Positions 59,810 to 64,000 of a DNA stretch of 64,000 nucleotides are shown here, in pieces. The position numbers and the translations under genes are program-made. The stretch covers positions 1 through 64,000 of the forward strand of contig JAZDCY010000016.1 of NCBI GenBank assembly GCA_036679645.1, read 5' to 3'. The notes under the pieces are model-generated. The model made no database searches and was not told the DNA's origin. It was given only the letters and a program-made list of their open reading frames with translations. The stretch's first letter is position 1; each line of letters starts with the position of its first letter. This stretch comes from Gemmatimonadota bacterium. Lineage in GTDB: Bacteria > Gemmatimonadota > Gemmatimonadetes > Gemmatimonadales > GWC2-71-9.

Positions 59810-62020
59810 CTATTGACGCGCCGTGAGTGGCGTGTCCGTTACCACGAACTGCCTGCGGGCGGTGATTGTCTGGCCGCTTACATGATCGGTCACGGTCAGG
59901 TAGATGCCGTACAACCCCTTCGGTGCGTCCTGCAGTTCCACCGTGAGGTACTCGACCTGTAACCCTCCGGGCAGGGTTACGGCCTCGCGGTCGTACGCGA
60001 GCGCGACCTCCTCGTCTCCCTGGGCCGAGAGCCCGACCGCGTCACCGATGCCTCCCAGAATACGGGCCATAAACCCGTGGCGTTCTACCTGACGCACTGT
60101 GAACAGGAGATCCACCGTGTATCGTGCGGTTCCGGTCGAGTCCGGCTGCAGGTTGTAGATCTCCCAGAGGAGTCCTACCGAGGACTCTGAGCCGATGCGC
60201 CCAGCGCTGGGCAACACGAAGAAATCTGTCCAGCGCGTAAACGACGAATCATGCGGCGCGACGCGTTCCGCGAGCAGCAGGTCCGATAACATGAGCGAGT
60301 CGGTGCCATATGGCCGCACGTCGAGCACTGACGTGCTGCGTGCCGCCCGTTTCGCCTCCGCCAGCAACGCCTCTACACGGAGGAGATACGATCCCGGCTG
60401 CAGCTCGAAGCGAAAGCTGCGTCGCTCGACCTGCTCCGGATCACCACCCGGGATGGTTTCGTCGCGACGATCGCGCTGTACGTCTCGCATGCGTCCGTCG
60501 CGAATGATGGCAGCGGTCGTGAGCTGCATCTGCTGTGCATCGATGCCCCGCGCCATGCGTCCAATTGGCATGAATGTGTACACACCCAGTTCGGTGCTGG
60601 CATCTCCCTCGCCGCGAAACTGGGCGAACTGTACGAGCACTGTGTCCATTTCCGCCACGGTCGGGACGTTGTCGAACCGGACGGGAAAGAGGTTGCGCGC
60701 CTCGCGGTAGAAGCTGCGGAAGTCGCCTGCGAAATTGGCCCGTGTGAATCCGGGTGTCAGGGAAAAGAGGAAACGCAGCTCGGAGCCCGTGTACACCCAG
60801 GCAATCTGATTGCGCTCTCCCTCGAGGCTCCCCAGCGGGTCGCCGCCGCCGGTCGTTCGATCCAGCTGCTGCCCGCGTCCCCTTCCGAACGATGCCCAGA
60901 TGTCGGGCGGACCGTACCGCAGGAACACGGATCCCCGGTCCGACTCCCACCCGCGATACCCGCGAGCGCGGTCGCTCCATCGGTGATCGACATACGTGAG
61001 GCGTGCCCAGAACTCCACCCGGGGCTCGTTCAGGTCGCGTAGGAAGAGCGGCTGCGACAACGCCCAGTAGAGCGCGTTCAATCCCCTCTGCTGCTCGGGC
61101 TCCATCTCCTCGAATCGTACCTGATCGATCGACTTGAGAATCGGGGCGAGATTCGCGTACGGTCCGCGCTGTGCCGGGGTCATGCGTATCATTGCGGTGT
61201 CGAAGGCTGCCTGCGCATCAGCCCAGCGGTTCAGCCGGGCGAAGGCGAGCCCCGCCAGCGCCCACGCGCGCCCGCTGTCGGGCGCGGCTGCGGTGAGCCG
61301 GCGTGCCACCTCGTCGGCCTCTTCCCGGCGATCCTCTTCGCCGAGCAACACGATCAGCAACCCCGCGGCCGCGACGTGTCGAGGGTCCGCCGAGAGCGCC
61401 GCACGCAGGTGCTCCTCCGCCGCCCGCTTGTCGCCTCCACCGGGATCGCCCGGATCGGGGTGGACCTGCTGGGCGAAGAAATTCTCGAGATCGTTCCAGG
61501 GACCCATCAGCACGCCCTGGTCGACGGACCGGGCCTCGCCGGTGAACAGGTACCGGTGGCCCAGTTGCTCGTATCGTTCCCAGTCGACGACGCCCGCTCG
61601 GAACTCGATATCGGCGAGCCGCGCGCTGCCGTGCGCGCGGGCGGCCTCGAGTGCCCGATCGATCATGCCCGGGACCTGAATCCGAGAGGCCACGTTCCCA
61701 CTGGAGCGCAGATGCTCGGCAAGGGCAAGCCAATACTTCGCGCTGTCGGGCTGGTACCGGGTGGCGAAACGGAGGTGTTCCTCCATGCGTCGCCGGTCTG
61801 CACTCACCGCGGACGAGGGATCGATGCGGATCTGATAGAGCAGCGCCACTCTATAGTGGACTTCCCCGTTTTCCCGGTCGGTGCGCAGCACTTGTTCCAG
61901 GGCGCCGATGGCACCCAGCGTGTCGCCCGCGGCGAGCAGGCTGTCGGCGGTGTCTTCCTGCGCCTGAAGCCGCGTAGTCGCTGCCAGGAGCAGCGCCAGA
62001 ATCATGAAGCGTCGATGCAT
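59810..62020 (-). CDS. GWxTD-domain protein with TPRs (paralogue 2)
   Basis: Signal peptide MHRRFMILALLLAA; GWESDRGSVFLRYGPPD. Confidence 0.85.
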   Translation of the reverse strand: MHRRFMILALLLAATTRLQAQEDTADSLLAAGDTLGAIGALEQVLRTDRENGEVHYRVALLYQIRIDPSSAVSADRRRMEEHLRFATRYQPDSAKYWLALAEHLRSSGNVASRIQVPGMIDRALEAARAHGSARLADIEFRAGVVDWERYEQLGHRYLFTGEARSVDQGVLMGPWNDLENFFAQQVHPDPGDPGGGDKRAAEEHLRAALSADPRHVAAAGLLIVLLGEEDRREEADEVARRLTAAAPDSGRAWALAGLAFARLNRWADAQAAFDTAMIRMTPAQRGPYANLAPILKSIDQVRFEEMEPEQQRGLNALYWALSQPLFLRDLNEPRVEFWARLTYVDHRWSDRARGYRGWESDRGSVFLRYGPPDIWASFGRGRGQQLDRTTGGGDPLGSLEGERNQIAWVYTGSELRFLFSLTPGFTRANFAGDFRSFYREARNLFPVRFDNVPTVAEMDTVLVQFAQFRGEGDASTELGVYTFMPIGRMARGIDAQQMQLTTAAIIRDGRMRDVQRDRRDETIPGGDPEQVERRSFRFELQPGSYLLRVEALLAEAKRAARSTSVLDVRPYGTDSLMLSDLLLAERVAPHDSSFTRWTDFFVLPSAGRIGSESSVGLLWEIYNLQPDSTGTARYTVDLLFTVRQVERHGFMARILGGIGDAVGLSAQGDEEVALAYDREAVTLPGGLQVEYLTVELQDAPKGLYGIYLTVTDHVSGQTITARRQFVVTDTPLTARQ

Positions 62021-62070
62021 TGTACGGGCAATGTACACCGGAGTGCCGGACGGTTTCCGTCCGGCAAGAT

Positions 62071-64000
62071 TCACTGCCGGGTGGTGGGACCGGATCCGAT
62101 GGTGATCACCCGAGTTCGGGATGCCGTTTGCCCGGTGACGTGCTCCGTGATCTGGACGGTGATCGTGTAGGTGCCTTCTGGCGCGTCCCGGAGATCGACC
62201 GTCAGGTACTCGACCTGTGTCCCGTCCGGGCCGGTTTCGACCTGCCGCTCGTACGATATCTCGACCTTGTCGTCGCCCAGCGCCGAGAGTCCCATAGCGT
62301 CCCCGATTCCGCCAATCACGCGGGCGGCCCATCCATGTCGCTCGATGGCGTCGACGGTCACCGCCAGGTTCACGGTGTACTGCGTCGTACCCAGGGAATC
62401 CTTCGGCAGGTTGTAGATCTCCCAGAGAAGGGCCAGGGGCGACTCGGGTTCGAAGCGGCCGGCGTTGGGCCCGATCAGGAAATCCGACCAGCGGGTGAAG
62501 TTGGAATCGCGCGGCGCCACGCGGTCAGCAGCCAGGACATCCGAGAGCGCGAGCGCGCCGCCGGTCTCGTACGAGCGCACGCGCAGCATCGCCGCGGAGC
62601 GGGCGCCCCGCTCGAGCACCGGGAGATGGGCTTCCACGCGCAGGATGTACTCGTTTGGCGGCAGCGACAGATACCACGACTCATTGCGGATGTCGCGTTC
62701 GGGTACATCCCGTAGCACGTTGTCGCGCCGGTGGCGCGCCAATTCGCGGCCGGTGCCGGTCCACAGAATGACCGCCGTCTCCAGTGCGAGATCGGTAATC
62801 CGCGCCGAGTCCACCATCCGTCTGACCGGGATCGCGGAGAAGACCGCGACCAGGGTCTGCTGTGGATTGGGTCCACGGAACTGCGCCGTCTGTACCAGGA
62901 CCGTGTCGAGCGCCAGGAAAATCGGCACGTTATCAAAGCGAGCCGGACTCCGCTCGGCCGCCACGCGCGCGGCCTCGCGGCCGAAGTCGCCAAACCGGGC
63001 GCGTGTGAAACCAGGCGTCAGGTTGAACAGAAATCGCAGGCGCGCTCGGACGTAGACCCACGCAATCTCCTGGCGATTGAACATCGCCCAGATATCCGGC
63101 GGACCGTAGCGGACGTAGACGGCCCCGATATCGGTGTCGAAGCCGCGGAAGTTCAGGTAGGGATCACTCCACCGGTGATCGACATAGGTGATCCGCGCGA
63201 AAAACTCTACGCGCAATTCGTTGGCGTCAGTTAGGGCTAACGGTTGGGCGGCCGCCCAGTAGGTGGTATCCAGGGCCGCCCGGGAGGGCGCGGACATCTG
63301 GGTGTAGTCGCGCCTGTCGCCGCGCCGCATGATCCGGCCCAGATCGAGATACGGTGCCCAGTCGCGCGGCGCCATGAGCGCCAGCGCCGTGTCGAACGCC
63401 GCCTCCGCCTCCTGCCAGCGCCGCTCGCGCGTGAGTGCCAGCCCCAAGAGCGCCCAGGCACGTCCTGAGTCCGGGCTGACCCGAACGAGGTTTCGTGTCT
63501 GTTCCAGTGCCTCCGGCCACCGGTCGTGTTCCCCCATCAGCACGACCAGCAGGCCCGCGGCGTCGATGTTGGCGGGATCGGCATCGAGGGCGGCACGCGC
63601 GCGGTCCTCGGCTTTCACGCGGTATTCTTCCCCGGCGTCCCTGGAAGCCATCCGCGAACGCGTGCGAAAGAAGGACTCGACGTACCGCCAGTCGGCGTCG
63701 AACAGGAAAGCGCTCACCCCGGTGCGAACCGCTCCCACAAAGTCGTTTGCCAGGTAGCGTCGCCCAAAGTGCTCATACCGCTCCCACTCGACGCGGGCAG
63801 CCCGGTACTCGAGCGTGGTCAGGTCCGCGGCGTCTGCGCCGTGCCGGATCGCCGCCGCGCGTGCTCGCTCGATCAGGCGGGGGACCTGGAGACGCGTGAA
63901 GCTGTTGTCCTCTCGCCGGAAGAGGTCCGCCAGAGCCAACAGGTACTTGGCACTGTCGGACTCGAACCGCGCCGCATAGCGAAAATGTTCCTCCGCGATT
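62071..64000 (-). CDS. GWxTD-domain protein with TPRs (paralogue 3; 5' end outside the window)
   Basis: GFDTDIGAVYVRYGPPD; shares RFDNVP and LLWEIYNL-type motifs with the other paralogues. Confidence 0.85.
   Translation of the reverse strand, partial: IAEEHFRYAARFESDSAKYLLALADLFRREDNSFTRLQVPRLIERARAAAIRHGADAADLTTLEYRAARVEWERYEHFGRRYLANDFVGAVRTGVSAFLFDADWRYVESFFRTRSRMASRDAGEEYRVKAEDRARAALDADPANIDAAGLLVVLMGEHDRWPEALEQTRNLVRVSPDSGRAWALLGLALTRERRWQEAEAAFDTALALMAPRDWAPYLDLGRIMRRGDRRDYTQMSAPSRAALDTTYWAAAQPLALTDANELRVEFFARITYVDHRWSDPYLNFRGFDTDIGAVYVRYGPPDIWAMFNRQEIAWVYVRARLRFLFNLTPGFTRARFGDFGREAARVAAERSPARFDNVPIFLALDTVLVQTAQFRGPNPQQTLVAVFSAIPVRRMVDSARITDLALETAVILWTGTGRELARHRRDNVLRDVPERDIRNESWYLSLPPNEYILRVEAHLPVLERGARSAAMLRVRSYETGGALALSDVLAADRVAPRDSNFTRWSDFLIGPNAGRFEPESPLALLWEIYNLPKDSLGTTQYTVNLAVTVDAIERHGWAARVIGGIGDAMGLSALGDDKVEISYERQVETGPDGTQVEYLTVDLRDAPEGTYTITVQITEHVTGQTASRTRVITIGSGPTTRQ

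Overview
GC-rich bacterial chromosome segment; gene content and order suggest Gemmatimonadota (inference). Most of the window is housekeeping DNA: glcDEF-like genes, a sigma-70 factor, aroB, dacB, tamA/tamB-like genes, acpS, and a long minus-strand run queA//tgt-yajC-def/fmt-thiE-thiS-thiG-rsmB-PASTA-rpe-tlpA-ybbR-tsaD-lgt. Three GWxTD-domain paralogues lie at the right end. The main accessory feature is a ~15.7 kb defence island between queA and tgt, bracketed by a 51-57 bp direct repeat of the queA 3' end and carrying no recognisable integrase. It holds a rearranged type I-C CRISPR-Cas locus (cas5-cas8c[internal cas11]-cas7-cas3-MNT/HEPN-cas4-cas1-cas2, 4-repeat array), a second MNT/HEPN pair, a decayed mazF and two hypothetical genes. 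cas3 is split inside its HD domain by an IS21-family element with a clean 6-bp target duplication. The array ends 77 nt before the tgt start on the same strand. Other oddities: an in-frame def-fmt fusion, a REP palindrome in frame inside glcF, probable CTG/ATT starts (aroB, rsmB), a 49-aa four-CxxC protein missed by the ORF track, a DnaA-box cluster and a serine-protease pseudogene. All family assignments rest on motifs recognised by eye; no searches were run.
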